Assembly: GCA_038087875.1 (NCBI GenBank)
Contig: CM075989.1
Location: 13,394,001-13,458,000 of the forward strand
From: Malacoraja senta
Taxonomy: Eukaryota
Length of the DNA stretch: 64,000 bases
Direction of reading: 5' to 3'
Shown: positions 47,747 through 61,007 of the stretch, piece after piece
Layout: each line of letters opens with the position of its first letter
How positions within the stretch are numbered: the first letter of the stretch is position 1
The notes under the pieces: generated by a model
What the model saw: only the letters and a program-made list of their open reading frames with translations
The model's database searches: none
Told to the model about the DNA's origin: nothing
Program-made: the position numbers and the translations under genes

Positions 47747-50672
47747 CAGTGCATTCAGAAAGTATTCAGACCCCTTAACTTTTTCCACATTTTCTTACAT
47801 TACAGCCTTATTCTAAAATGGATGAAATTCTTTTTTTTTATCATCAATCTACACAGAATACTCCAGAATGAAGAAGCGAAAACAGGTGTTTAGAAATTTT
47901 TGCAAAGTAATTAAAAATAAATAACTGAAATATCACATGTACATAAGTATTCAGACCATTTACTCAGTACTTTGTTGAGGCACCTTTGGCAGCGATTACA
48001 GCTTCTTGGGTATGATAATACAAGCTTGGCACACCTGTATTTGGGTAATTTATCCCATTCTTCTCTGCAGATCCTCTCAAGCTCTCAGGTTGGATGGGGA
48101 GCGTCGATGCACATCTATTTTCAGGTCCCTCCAGAGATGTTCGATTGGGTTCAAGTCCAGGCTCTGGTTGGGCCACTCAAGGACATTCACAGATTTGTCA
48201 CGAAGCCACTCCTGTGTTGTCTTGGCTGTGTGCTTAGGGCCGTTGTCCTGTTGGAAGGTGAACCTCCACCCCAGCCTGAGGTCCAGAATGCTCTGGAGCA
48301 GGTTTTCATCAAGGATCTCTCTGTACTTTGTTCCGTTCATCTTTCCCTCGATCCTGACTAGTCTCCCAGTTCCCGCCACTGAAAAACATCCCAACAGCAT
48401 GGTGCTGCCACCACCATGCTTCACCATAGGTATTGGCCAGGTGATGAGCGGTGCCTGGTTTCTTGGTTTCATCAGACCAGAGAATCTTGTTTCTCATCGT
48501 CTGAGAGTCCTTTAGGAGCCTTTTGGCAAACTCCAAGCGGGCTGTCATGTGCCTTTTTCTGACGAGTAGCTTCTGTCTGGCCACTCTACCATAAAGGCCT
48601 CATTGGTGGAGTGCTGCAGATATAGTTGTCCTTCTGGAAGGTTCTCCCATCTCCACAGAGGAACTCTGGAGCTCTGTCAGAGTGACCATCACGTTCTTGG
48701 TCACCTCCCTGACCAAGGCCCTTCTCCCCCGATTGCTCAGTTTGGCCGGGTAGCCAGCTCTATGAAGAGTCCTGGTGGGTGAAGAGTCCTGATGGTTCCA
48801 AAAGTTCTTCCATTTAAGAATGACGGAGGCCGCTGTGCTCATTGGGACCTGCAACGCTGCAGAAATTGTTTTATACCCTTCTCCAGATCTGTGACTCGAC
48901 ACAATCCTGTCTCGGAGGTCTACGGACAATTTCTTCGTCTTCATGGCTTAGTTTTTGCTCTGACATGCACTGTCAACTGTGGGACCTTATATACTGTAGA
49001 CAGATGTGTGCCTTTCCAAATCATGTCCAATCAATTTAATTTACCACTGGTGGACTCCAATCAAGTTATAGAAACATCTCGAGTAACCCATCGTTTAAAC
49101 CTTCAATCATAGATAAAGCATTTATACAATGGGAAAGAATGGGAATTAAAACGCTCGAAGATCTGTATGAATTAGAAAAATTACTATCATTCCAACAACT
49201 ACAACTGAAATATAATTTGAAAAATAATCAATATTTTAAATATATACAAATCTGTGACTATTTGAAAACACACACAAAAGATTATTATAATATGCCTTCC
49301 GACTTACTAGATGAAGCAATGAAGACAAAGGCGGAATCAGTTAATTTAATATCATACTTATATAATATCATCTTAAATATAGAAATACCCACAACAGATG
49401 GAATTAGAAGAGATTGGGAACAAGATCTAGGTATAAAAATTTCAAAAGAGAGTTGGGATAATCATTTATTACAGGTGCATAAATGCTCGATCAACGTACG
49501 ACATACGCTTATCCAATTTAAAACATTACATAGATTATATTATTCAAAAACCAAACTAAATAAAATCTTTCCTAACGTCTCACCAATCTGTGATAAATGT
49601 ATATGTCAAGAAGCTACCATAGCACATTCTTTTGTTTTTTGTACAAAAATCCAAAAATTCTGGTTTGAAATATTTGATATTTTTTCAAAATTAATCAAAA
49701 TAAAACTGGTACCAAAACCAGAATGGATTATTTTTGGAATATCGGAAGGTATTCCTGAATTAAACGTGTATCAGAAGAATTTACTCAATTATGGGCTAAT
49801 AATGGGAAAAAAGCTTATACTTAAATTCTGGAAAAATGCGCCCACACCAACAATAAAAATGTGGACATCAAATATGTTGGAAACATTACATCTGGAAGAG
49901 ATGAGATTCCTCCTAGTAGGTAAAGTAGATCAATTTCAAAAGACGTGGTCTACGTTTTTGGACCTATTACAAGCATGAGGTGCAATAGTAATTTAGAAAA
50001 ACAAATAAATAAATAAAAGGTATCTGGACCTGGTAATGGGAGGTAAAATAAAAACAGACTTGGTTGGTAGTTCCTTCTCTATGAAGTATGGTATAAGAGT
50101 TATAATAGAGCGATTGTTCCTTCTTTCTTTCTCTTTTTTTTTCTAGGGTCTATTTTCTAACTTTACTTCCTTCTCTAACCTCTTCTCTAAGGGGCTTTCT
50201 TTTCCCAACACTCTTTTGCACTTCACAACCTTTGCGCACTTTCTTCACTTTTCTTACTTCTTTCTTTTTCTTTCTTAAAGTTTAAAAAAATGAAGCGGTA
50301 CAAAAAATGTATTAATATATACGTGTTGTACATTACTGTAATCTACCGTACTTCTAAAAAATAAAAAAAATAAAAAAAAAAAAATAAAAAAAAAGAAACA
50401 TCTCGAGGATAATCAATGGAAACAGGATGAACCTAAGCTCAATTTTGAATGTCATCGCAAAGGGTCTGAATACTTATGTAAATGTGATATTTCAGTTATT
50501 TATTTTTAATTATTTTGCAAAAATTTCTAAACATGTTTTCGCTTCTTCATTCTAGGGTATTGTGTGTAGATTGATGATTTAAAAAAATGAATTTAATCCA
50601 TTTTAAAATAAGGCTGTAACGTAACAAAATGTGGAAAAAGTGAAGGGGTCCCAATACTTTTTGAATGCACTG
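47747..50672 (-). mobile_element. Tc1/mariner element (inner, DD34E) nested in the outer Tc1
   Basis: TA|CAGTGCATTCAGAAAGTATT...[50 protein letters not shown] and DLNPIEHLW motifs. Confidence 0.93.
49084..50393 (+). mobile_element. L1/Tx1-like LINE 3' fragment nested in the inner Tc1
   Basis: Uninterrupted ORF2 C-terminus 49085-49978 with CDKCICQEATIAHSFVFC; long A-tail; 14-bp TSD AGAAACATCTCGAG (49070-49083, 50394-50407). Confidence 0.93.
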
Positions 50673-51116
50673 TATATCAGAGTGATGGCAAGAGCAATGT
50701 ATGGAGGAGAGAAGGAACTGCTCAAGATCCAAAGCATACTACCTCATCTGTGAAACACGGTGGTGTGGGCGTTATGGCCTGGGCATGTATGGCTGCTGAA
50801 GGTACTGGCTCACTTATCTTCATTGATGATACAACTGCTGAAGTTAGTAGCATAATGAAATCTGAAGTGTAGACACATCCTATCTATTCAAGTTCAAACA
50901 AGTGCCTCAAAACTCATTGGCCGGCAGTTCATTCTACAGCAAGACAATGATCCCAAACATACTGCTAAAGCAACAAAGGAGTTTTTCAAAACTAAATAAC
51001 GGTCAATTCTTGAGTGACCAAGTCAATCACCCAATCTGAACCCAATTGAGCATGCCTTTTATATGCTGAAGATAAAACCGAAGTGGACTAGCCCCCAAAA
51101 CAAGCATAAGCTAAAG

Positions 51117-51292
51117 GTAGACAAAAATGCTGGAGAAACTCAGCGGGTGAGGCAGCATCTATGGAGCGAAGGAATAGGTGATATTTCAGGTCCGTCACCT
51201 ATTCCTTCGCTCCATAGATTCTGCCTCACCAGCTGAGTTTCTCCAACATTTTTGTGTACCTTCGATTTTTCCAGCATCTGCAGTTCTTTCTT
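51117..51292. mobile_element. Palindromic PLE-derived short element inserted in a Tc1 copy
   Basis: Hairpin 51117-51262; TSD AAGCAT(A/T)AGCTAAAG (51102-51116, 51293-51307). The sister Tc1 copy near 54455-54470 has a single, empty site. Confidence 0.85.
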
Positions 51293-51808
51293 AAGCATTA
51301 GCTAAAGATTGCTGCAATACAGGCCTGGCATAGCATCACTAGAGAAGACACCCAACAACTGGTGATGTGCATTAATCACAGACTTCAAGCAGTCATTGTA
51401 TGCAAAGGATATGCAACAAAATACTAAACATGACTACTTTCATTTACATGACATTGCTGTGTCCCAAACATTGTGATGCCCTGAAATGGGGGGGGGGGGG
51501 GGGGGGGAGGATAAACACTGCTCTGATTTCTATATGGTGAAACCAAAATGGATAAACATAGCCTTTATTAAAATCCGACCATGTGTACTTTAAGCACATG
51601 TGATTTTTTTTCTATTACAAATCTCAAATTGTGGAGTACAGAGGCAAATAAATAAATGATGGGTCTTTGTCCCAAACATTATGGATGGCACTGTGATTGA
51701 CGGGTGAAAGCACAGACTTGGAACATTCAGGAGTTAGCTGGTGCTTAAGTGAGTGACTCCTTTGTATTTTTGCCCTCTGACTCCTCCGACCTACTTTAAA
51801 AAGAGTCT

Positions 51809-52842
51809 GACTCGGGTCTTTGGAATCTTGGACGGTATAAATGCAAAAGATATTGCTAAATCATGGAGTAAGGAGCAAAGAACACATTTCAGCTAAGTCT
51901 AAAATTTACAGGGGACTTAACTAGGGATTTTGGTGAGTGGGGTGAAGTGGGTAGAGCTGCTGTTTTAAAGAACACTAAGATTGAATTAATAAGTAGTCAC
52001 CCAAATTAAGAAGTGGGGGGAATATTCTTGTCGTCGTCCCCCACCTTGTATTTTTATCTCCCCATGGCCGTCTAAAGGATAGGATTTTATCTTCAGTTAA
52101 TTAACTCATTTGTTTTGCTCTCTGCTGCTAGTGCTATGCATGTGGTATTAAACTAAACAAACTGCATTCATCTTAAATGTTTTGTTAGTGTTTCAGGGGA
52201 ATCCGTGTCATCAGGGCAGGGGGGGACTATTTGAAGATGTTTAGATAGCTTTCCTGGTATTTAGCAGCTGGGGTATGTTGGCCAGGTGTCATGAAAGCTC
52301 TTCCTCAAAGTAAGACTATGTTATGAGTTCTATATTTTGTCCTGTGCAATCATGTTGGGTCATGGTGCTTGAGGAGTATGGATAAGTGACTTGAACCAGA
52401 CCTCTCGCTCTCTCTCACTCTGCCTATGGGTTCTCTACTTTACTATGAGTTTTAAGGCAATGCTGAAGGTACACAAAGACTGGTGTAACTACCATGTCCC
52501 CATTTTAACCTGTTAGACCATATTTAGTTGGTTGATCATTTTAGTTCATTGATGTTCTATTTCTGCCTAGTTTTCAAGCAGAATCATTTTCTGGACATGT
52601 AAACCTTAAGTTTAGATAAAATGGACTGCCGGAACAATGGTTACTTGGGACCAGCCATGTAGCTTCTTTCCGAGAATTGGTCAGAATAGGACAATATTTA
52701 GAGGAATAGGTTGATACATGACAATATCTGATAATTTAAAAATAGTGGGACTTGGGTCTTTGGGCTTTTGGATGGTATAAGTGCAAAAGATTGTTGCCAA
52801 AGCATGGAGTAAGGCGAGATAACACAATTATGCAAATTCTAA
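51809..52842 (+). repeat. Imperfect direct repeat of about 94 bp, 940 bp apart
   Basis: 51809-51902 and 52749-52842 share GGGTCTTTGG...GGTATAA.TGCAAAAGAT...CATGGAGTAAGG...AACACA. Confidence 0.75.
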
Positions 52843-54086
52843 GTGTCATATCCAGTTTGAGAGTGAAAAATTGAAGTATGAAACTAATCTCTGAGACTTA
52901 ACTAATGATAATTGCAAACGTATAAAGGCAGATGTCTGACAGCGGCTGTGGTGGATGTGATCTTACATAATTCTCTAGATTCTGGAAAGATCTCAGCAAA
53001 TTGGAGAATGTGACACCCTTTTCCTGAAAAGAGAGAGAAATTTGTCTGACATTTTCCATTGGGATACTACTAGAATCCATTATTAAGTATCAGTAGTCAC
53101 TTAGAAAAGCAATATGTAATCAAGCAAGGTCCACATGATTTCAGAAAGGAAATATCTTGTTTGACTCTTTCATTGGACCTCTTTGAGTATATTCTGACTA
53201 AGGTGGATAAAAGGAACTAATAATTGCGATGTAGTTGAATTTCTGGAAGGTGCATGAAGAATGTTGCACAAAGTAAAAGCTCGTGATGTTGGGTGTAAAA
53301 TTATTAGCATAGATACAGGATTGGCCAAAATGGAGCTGGAAAGATTGCATAATTTTCAACTTGGCTATTTTAGTCTGCTCCAAAACAGCTTATTTCATTT
53401 CCTTGTGTCTCATCATCTGTGGCTGTGTTCAAAGATATAAAACTTTGCAGAATAGCGTCCAGTGCTTCCATAGATACTCTTCATAGTTTTCTGTATCTCC
53501 CTTGTCGCAAGCTTTTCAATGCCCATAATGGGTGGCCAGTAATTATCTAGCACTACCTTATTCCTGTACAATGTACTGACACAGACTCAAACTCATGTGC
53601 TGCAGGGAGGCTGCAGAGAAAGCTATAAAATTATATAACACTGAAGAATATGATATCCAGTCCAGAAGGCTGCAACGTACCGAGATGGAACATGAGGTGC
53701 TAGTCCTCAAGCTTACAAATATGTTCTGATTGTTCTTTATTTCAACTGCATTTCTCCAATGTGATTAAATGAATACTCAATAATGGCCTCTGGTAACTTT
53801 ACCATCGCAGGTGTAAGACAAGTTAGCATATCATCACCAGTTTTATACCTCTTCCCTTCTTTGAATAGGAATGCAACATTTACAGTCCTCTGATGGATGT
53901 CGGCAACTGTACGGTGATGGTCCTTGGCAGAAGCAACAGAAAGGTTGTACAGTCTAAAGAAATCTTTCCAGTGAATGAAGGAAGAGAGGGACTGCGGGTA
54001 GCTCATTCGGGGTTAGCAGATGAGATGGTTAAACAGGATACTTAGCTGTGGAAAAAGAGCCATTGAATACAGAAACAGGGTAGTTA

Positions 54087-55228
54087 CAGTGCCCTCCATA
54101 ATGTATAGGACAAAGACCCTTCATTTATTTATTTGCCGCTGTACTCCACAATTTGATATTTGTTAAAGAAAAAAATCACATGTGGTTAAAGTGCACATTG
54201 TCAGATTTTAATAAAGGCCATGTTTATACATTTGGGTTTCACCATGTAGAAATTACAGCAGTGTTTATACATAGTCCCCCCCCCCCCCATTTCAGGACAC
54301 CATAATGTTTTGGGACACAGCAATGTCATGTAAATGAAAGTAGCCATGTTTAGTATCCTTTGCATGCAATGACTGCTTGAAATCCGCGATTCATGGACAT
54401 CACCAGTTGTTGGGTGTCTTTGGTGATGCTCTGCCAGGCCTGTATTGCAGCCATCTTTAATTTATGCTTGTTTTGGGGGCAAGTCCCTTTCAGTTTTCTC
54501 TTCAGCATATAAAAGGCATGCTCAATTGGGTTCAGATCAGGTGATTGACTTGGCCACTAAAGAATTTGACCATTTTTTAGCTTTGAAAAACTCCTTTGTT
54601 GCTTTAGCAGTATGTTTGAGATCATTGTCTTGCTGCAGAATGAATCGCCGGCCAATGAGTTTTGAGGCATTTGTTTGAACTTGAGCAGATAGGCAGTGTC
54701 TATACACTTCAGAATTTATTATGCTACTTCCATCAGCAGTTGTATGATCAATGAAGATACGTGAGCCAGTACCTTCAGCAGCCATACATGCCCAGGCCAT
54801 AACACCCCCACCACCGTGTTTCACAGATGAGGTGGTAGGCTCTGGATCTTGAGCAGTTCTTCTCTCCTCCATACTTTGTTCTTGCCATCACTCTGATATA
54901 AGTTAATCTTCGTCACATCTGTCCACAATACGTTTTTCCAGAACTGTGGTTGCTCTTTTAAGTACTTCTTGGCAAACTGTAACCCGGCCATCCTATTTTT
55001 GCAGCTTGCAGTGTAGCCCCTGTATTTCTGTTCATGAAGTCTTCTGCGGACAGTGGTCATTGACAAATCCACACTTGACTCCTGAAGAGTGTTTCTGATC
55101 TGTTGGACAGGTGTTTGGGGATGTTTCTATATTATAGTGAGAATTCCTCTGTCATCAGCTGTGGAGTTCTTCCCTGGCCTGCCAGTCCCTTTGCGATTAG
55201 TAAGCTCACCAGTGGTCTATTTCTCCTT
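54087..55228 (-). mobile_element. Truncated Tc1/mariner copy, same family as 46750-51693
   Basis: TA|CAGTGCCCTCCATAATG TIR; VKHGGGGVMAWACM and QQDNDLKHTAK motifs; second TIR missing. Confidence 0.9.
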
Positions 55229-56845
55229 AATTGTAGAATTAGGGAATTAATGCGCAGAATCTGTGAAAGAGAGAATCAGAAAATAATCTGGGCTCTGGAA
55301 TTGGACAACTCATTCACGGAACATATTTAGTTATGGTGGGCCAACTAGCCACTCACTGCGCAATAACATTCTATGATTCTAACTAATTGTGGGGGCGGGG
55401 GGCTTTAGAGGACCGGTTCACTGAATTTAGAGGACCGGTAATCATCCAAACAAATGTTTCTAATAAGATCAAGTTTTAGTAATTAAACAGTTCCCGGAGA
55501 ACAATTACATGAAATGGTTTGGCACGGTATACTTGCATTTGATCATCAAGATGTTGGTAGTTGGAAAGTATGCTAATTCATTATAAACGTAAGTATTTTA
55601 TTGAGAAAGCTAATATATTTGTGGAGCCTAAAATTGTGAGGTATGTAATTTGATTTAAGAAATGTAAGGATTAAATTCAGAGTTAACTTAGATCTAAACT
55701 ACATTGCAGGTCTCTAGAGTTTAGACTAGCTACAAACAATGTCACAAGGTTGTGTACTGCAGGCTGTGCTGGATCTCGTCAAGTTAATGAGGCATTCTTC
55801 AGGGTTGTCATTCAGCTTTGGTTGAGATCAAATTCTGATTGAGTTGTTTTCTGAACATTTGTGTTTCTCCTAATGGCATTTATGTCGGGAACATTACAGA
55901 TCAGGAATGGAATTTATTGTGTGACTGAGTTCCACATGCTGATCGTGTATTCAAAATTCAGACATTTCAAATGAGAGGAATCGAGGGTTGCAGGGATGGG
56001 GCAGTACCATGGAATTGAGACCAACAATTGGATCCGTCATGATCTCATTGAATGTCAGAGCAAGATTAAGGAGCTGCATAACTATTATTTCACCTAATGT
56101 ACCACTTTGCTCTGGGGTATTTTGGGATAAACAGTTACGTATGCTGAAATCTAAAGATGTCCTAGATCCAATGGAAAAAAAACTCTCACTTGTTGCTGTG
56201 ACTTACTTTGGAATCTCTGGAACAGGGTTTCTCCATCTGTTCTATCACCACATTGGACAGCTTAAACACGGCAACCATAAGTCCTGTCATAGAGCAATGT
56301 TGGGTGCACCTTCATTGTCAAGGTCCTCGCTATTTGTTCTAAATGCACTTGGAAACTGCACACCGTGTACAGTTATTAAGATCTACAGAAGAACCATTGA
56401 TTGTATAGAATATTCATCTTTTAGGAAATATGCTGCCCTAAACTCGAGCAGTTGTCACGGTGTTCTCTCCAATCGCCTTTATTTGGACTTTAGATCAAAA
56501 CAATAGCTGTTTGCAACTTGATTTTTTTATAATGCCTTTCACTGACATCTGCGGTATTAGTTTGAAATAGAAAAGATAAATATTCTACTTTGACACCAGG
56601 AATTATGCAGGAGGACTGAGTTGTTTTGGGTTTAACCTGTCCTCCACTCTACTAACCAGTGGAAATGCACACTGTACCTTGCTCCTTTTATTTTCCTGAA
56701 CACACCAAGTTGTTTGCATAGTTTCCAATAATCCAGAGTCTGAGCACGAATCACTAGAAGGACATTGATAAGATGAACAATCACAGTCTTTTTCCAGGGT
56801 GGGGGAGTCCAGAAAAAGATGGCATAGGTTTAAGGTGAGAGGAGA

Positions 56846-57310
56846 AAGATACAAGATACAAGATACATTTATTTGCCACATGTACCAATTGGTACAGTGA
56901 AATGTGTGGTCGCCATACAAATAATAAAGAGCACAGACGATAGTTTTTAACACAGACATCCCCACACAGCGGGATCAAAGTTTCCCACTGTGAGGGAAGG
57001 CTCCAAAATTCAGTCATCCTCCTCTGTTGTCCTCCCGTGGTCGGGGGGCTCCCGAACCACCCTGCAGTCGCTGCTACGGGCCACCCGATGTTCAGGCCCG
57101 CTCGCCGGGGTGATGGAAGTCCGACGTCGGGACTGGAGGACATCCTCAGCGGCTTAGGACATCCGAGAACGGCACCCTCCTACCAGAGTCCGCGGCTCCC
57201 GAAGTCCACAGGTCGCACTGGGCGGAGATTCAACGCTGGCGGCCCACGGCAAAGGGCCCCAGGACACTGCGATGTTTAAGTCAGCGCCGCCCGCCCTGGA
57301 AGCTCTGCAG
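56846..57310 (-). mobile_element. GC-rich non-LTR 3' fragment with (TATCTTG)n tail inserted into a CR1 fragment (56790-57560)
   Basis: The CR1 text ...GGAGAAAGAT|TTAAAAGGAACCTGAGG is split by the insert; tandem AAGATAC at the left edge. Confidence 0.55.
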
Positions 57311-59852
57311 GTTTAAAAGGAACCTGAGGGGCATGTTTTCACATGGAGGTTGGTTTGTACATGGAAAGAGCTGCTCGAGGAAGCTGTAGAGACAGATATA
57401 ATTGCAATGTTTAAAAAAACATTTGGTCTAGTACGTGGATAAGAAAGGTTTAAAGGGATTTTGGTCAATCATAGGCAAATGGGACGAGCTGAAGTAACAT
57501 CTTGGTCGACACAGATGAGTTAGGCTGAAGGGCCTGTATCCATGCTGCATGACTCTATTACACTAATTGGTGAAACCATAGAATTTTGGGAGGAGGAGAT
57601 TTCAGTCCTCACTCATGCACACATTTAGCTCTTGGGGCTAAAGGAATCAATGGATATGGGGAAAAAGCAGGAACAGGGTACTGAATTTAGATGATCAGCC
57701 TACTCCTGCACCTATTTTTCTAAGTTTCTATTCCAACAGAGGACATGAATTGTCAGCTCTTTCCTTTAATACCTAGGGTGTTAATGTAATTGCAAAGCCT
57801 TCCTTGCTGTCCCAACTATGTGGGACGTGTATTTAATTCAATGGTCGATATCTAGGGGTAAGCAGAAGGCACTGCTTTGAAACCGACTTTCATTGTAAAC
57901 AGTTTTTAATTTTTCATTTTTAAACAGTTAAAATAAGCTTTTGTTTAAAATCAACATTCTGCTTGCAGAATTTGACTTTTAAATAGAATCTATTTGCTGA
58001 ATTTACACTGATTTTAGTGCAGTTCCTGTTAAAATTGGCTACAGAATATTTAAAACCCCTCTAATTTCCCTTTATCTAGTAGCTAAACTAGAATGACATT
58101 ATATTATCTATTTGGAATAATAAACACAAAATTCTTACTAATAAAAGAACAATATAATATAATGGGTACATTCACAATGACTAGTCTTGCCCCATGACAC
58201 TTTTGAAAAACCTAATATGTTAATTTGTGATTCTATTGCTGCTTTAGGTTCACAGTGAGATGTTAAAACACTGCTGGTTAATCTAATGGAAAAGGAGCAT
58301 GAATTAGCGCAAACACAGTGATGTACTTACAAGAATGGAGAAAATTAAATGCCAAGATAGACCAAAAGCCACAAGGAAGGCCAATAAAATATTTTAAATT
58401 AAAACGTAGACATATTTGCATTTCAAATTACTGTTGTACTTGGAGCAAGTGTATAAATGTGTATAAACTTGAAATGTGTAGCCCAGCTTCTCAAATGTCC
58501 CTTCAATTCAATACTTCTGTGTAACAAAAATACCATAAATTATGTTCATGTGAAAAGCCCGAGATGCTAAGATGGTCGGTTAGAGTGGAAAAAAATCTAT
58601 ATTTTTATTTCTCTGGATAAGGATAGGCTAACTCAAAAAATTATTTTAATAAACAAAAAAAAGTTCAGAATTCACATTCTTGTGGATGTTGTTTACTTAT
58701 AGAGACTAATTTAGTAACTGATCCAAACAAAAGATTATTTAACAAAAAAATACAGTTTCAACTTGCTTAAATAATAATTCTGATGCCGGGCTCTGTCATT
58801 GTGGGAGAGGAGGCAGAAATGGCCTTATTCAAATGAAATGAATGAAAAAAATGTCAGCAATTTTTTAGTTTGTTTTGACCTGATATAATTCTGTAAGCTT
58901 GTTTCCAAATTCCAATCAAGGGCTTAACGGTTCTTCTGGTAGAAAGCTTTCTTACAAATTTCCTACATCTGTTAGGCATTTAGCATTAAGTATTTTGACT
59001 TTTGAAATACATTGCATGTATAAATGAGGAGAGGGACAGGGTCGAGAGCTAGGAAAAATAGCAGCTACTTCCTCTATCCTGAGAGGATGCTTTTGGAATT
59101 TGAAATAAGTACCAGGATATATTAAGGTGTCTGTTTCACATAGGGTCTATTCTGCATTTCCAATAATCCATTAAAATCTCATTCACATGGGTGTAGCATG
59201 GTTTCTAGCTTGCAATTCTTTACAAAAACAAAAAAAGTTGATGTGTTTCTGTTGGGAAAGTCAATAACAACGTTTTTTTTCCTTTCTTATTGCTTATCAT
59301 ATTTAAATCTGAAGACTAAAATCTTTTCTTGCTGTTTATATCTGCAGCAGTCAGAGATTTGTCACTCTGTCTTTTTCTTTAAGGAGCCATGCCAAACTGT
59401 CCCTTGCCAATTAATATCTTTATTATAATGTAAACCATCCTAGGCTCCTGTGGTTTTTGAACATAGACTATTTTTTACTTTTGTACTTGCTTAGAGTCTT
59501 ACAGCTTTTTGACAGATAAATTTCACAGATTCTCATAATATATGAAAATATGTTCACATTTCCTATATTTATGGATTATATAAATGATCATTTATAGATG
59601 GTCACAATTGAAGAGTGTGGAATAAAACAAATTTTAAGATATCTTTGAAGGGAATAGACACGATATTTCGAGTCAGGACCCTTCGTCAGACTGAGTTCCT
59701 CCAGCACTTTGTGCTTTGCTCAAGATTCCAGCATCTGTAGTTTCCTGTGTCTTCTTTACTACCTTGTTCATCCAAATTGAATAGGATTTTAGACACAAAA
59801 TGCTGGAGTAACTCAGCGGGACAGGCAGCATCTCTGGAGAGAAGGAATGGGT

Positions 59853-59880
59853 GACGTTTCAGGTTGAGACCCTTCCTCAG
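59853..59880 (-). ncRNA. Minimal hammerhead ribozyme core (PLE-derived)
   Basis: CTGAGGA-A-GGGTCTCAACCT-GAAAC-GTC within PLE terminal-repeat copy 59790-60070. Confidence 0.65.
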
Positions 59881-60979
59881 ACTGATGTCAGGGGAGTGGG
59901 CGGGACAGAGATAGAATGTAGTCGGAGACAGTAAAACGTGGGAGAACTGGGAAGGGGAGGGGATGGAGAGAGAGGGAAAGCAAGAACTTCCCAGTTCTTC
60001 CACCAGTCATATTATCACTTCAAATATCTCTCTCCATCTGCTCCCCCTTCCCAGTTCTCCCACCAGTCTTACTAATAATATCCTGTGTTGTTTCATGTTG
60101 CTGCCTTGAAAGACGCTGGCAACAATATTTTTCTGCTGACTTCACTTGAAGTTGCTTGGGGCTGAGTGCCTCTTTCAGAGAAACGTTGATTTTCTTAAAA
60201 TTCTTTTTTTTTAAATTTGGGTGTTGCTGAATGTTGAGTTTTATTTCTCATCTAATTTCTCATGGAATCTTGGACCATTGCTGACATTCTGGTGGAGGTG
60301 CACCACAGTGCTGTTGGGAAGGGAGATCCAGGTGTTAGACCCAGCGACGATGAAGTATCAGTGGTATATTTCCAGCTCTGGATGGTATGAGACTGAAGAA
60401 GTCATTAGCTGGTGTGCTCCCCTGCATTCCGTGTCCTTCACAGGGAAGGAAGTCAGAGGTTTGGGAGGTGCTGTTGAAGGAGGCTGGGTGAATAACTGCA
60501 ATGAATTTTGTAGATGGTACACACTGTTGCCACTGTGTGCCAGGGGTAGAAGGAATAGGTAGGTGGTTGATAGGGTGTGAATCTGGCTGAATGCTTTATC
60601 CTGCTGTTGGGTTTCTTGGTTATTGGCGCTGCACTCAGTGGATGTTCTTCCTTCGTGCTCCTGAGTTGTAAATGCTGGAGAGACTTTAGGAGTCAGGAAA
60701 TCAGCCATTTACTGCAGGAAATTGGTCTCTGATCTGCATTTGTTGTGTTTATGTGTCTGGTCCAATTGATTTCTGGTCATGAATGCCCTTAGCACATTGA
60801 TGATGGGACTTGGCGATATTGATGGCATTGAATGTAAAGAGTAGGTGGTTAGAATCTATCTTGATAGACACAAAATGCCTGAGTACCTAAGTAGGATAGG
60901 CAGCATCTCTGGAGAAGGAATGGGATGTTTCAGGTTGAGACACTTCTTCAGACTGAGTTGGAGCCTGAAGAAGGGTCTC

Positions 60980-61007
60980 CTGAAGAAGGGTCTCAACCTG
61001 AAACGTC
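60980..61007 (+). ncRNA. Minimal hammerhead ribozyme core (PLE-derived)
   Basis: CTGAAGA-A-GGGTCTCAACCT-GAAAC-GTC within palindromic element 60865-61090. Confidence 0.65.

Larger units (their letters stand above)
46750..51693 (+). mobile_element. Tc1/mariner element (outer, decayed) carrying four nested insertions
   Basis: CAGTGCCATCCATAATGTTTGGGACAAAGACC TIRs (about 230 bp); transposase remnants WTDE, QQDNDPKH and LNPIE on the plus strand. Confidence 0.9.

Noticed and set aside
51487..51507. Poly-G run
   Set aside because: Expanded homopolymer inside the Tc1 TIR, shorter in the sister TIRs; may include sequencing error.
55988..56506. 172-aa ORF
   Set aside because: Spans decayed CR1-tail and Rex-like fragments; non-ATG start; no motif.
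58248..58330. Possible GABPB1 terminal exon after a ctttag acceptor
   Set aside because: Phase-0 translation VHSEMLKHCWLI* shows no similarity to the leucine zipper.
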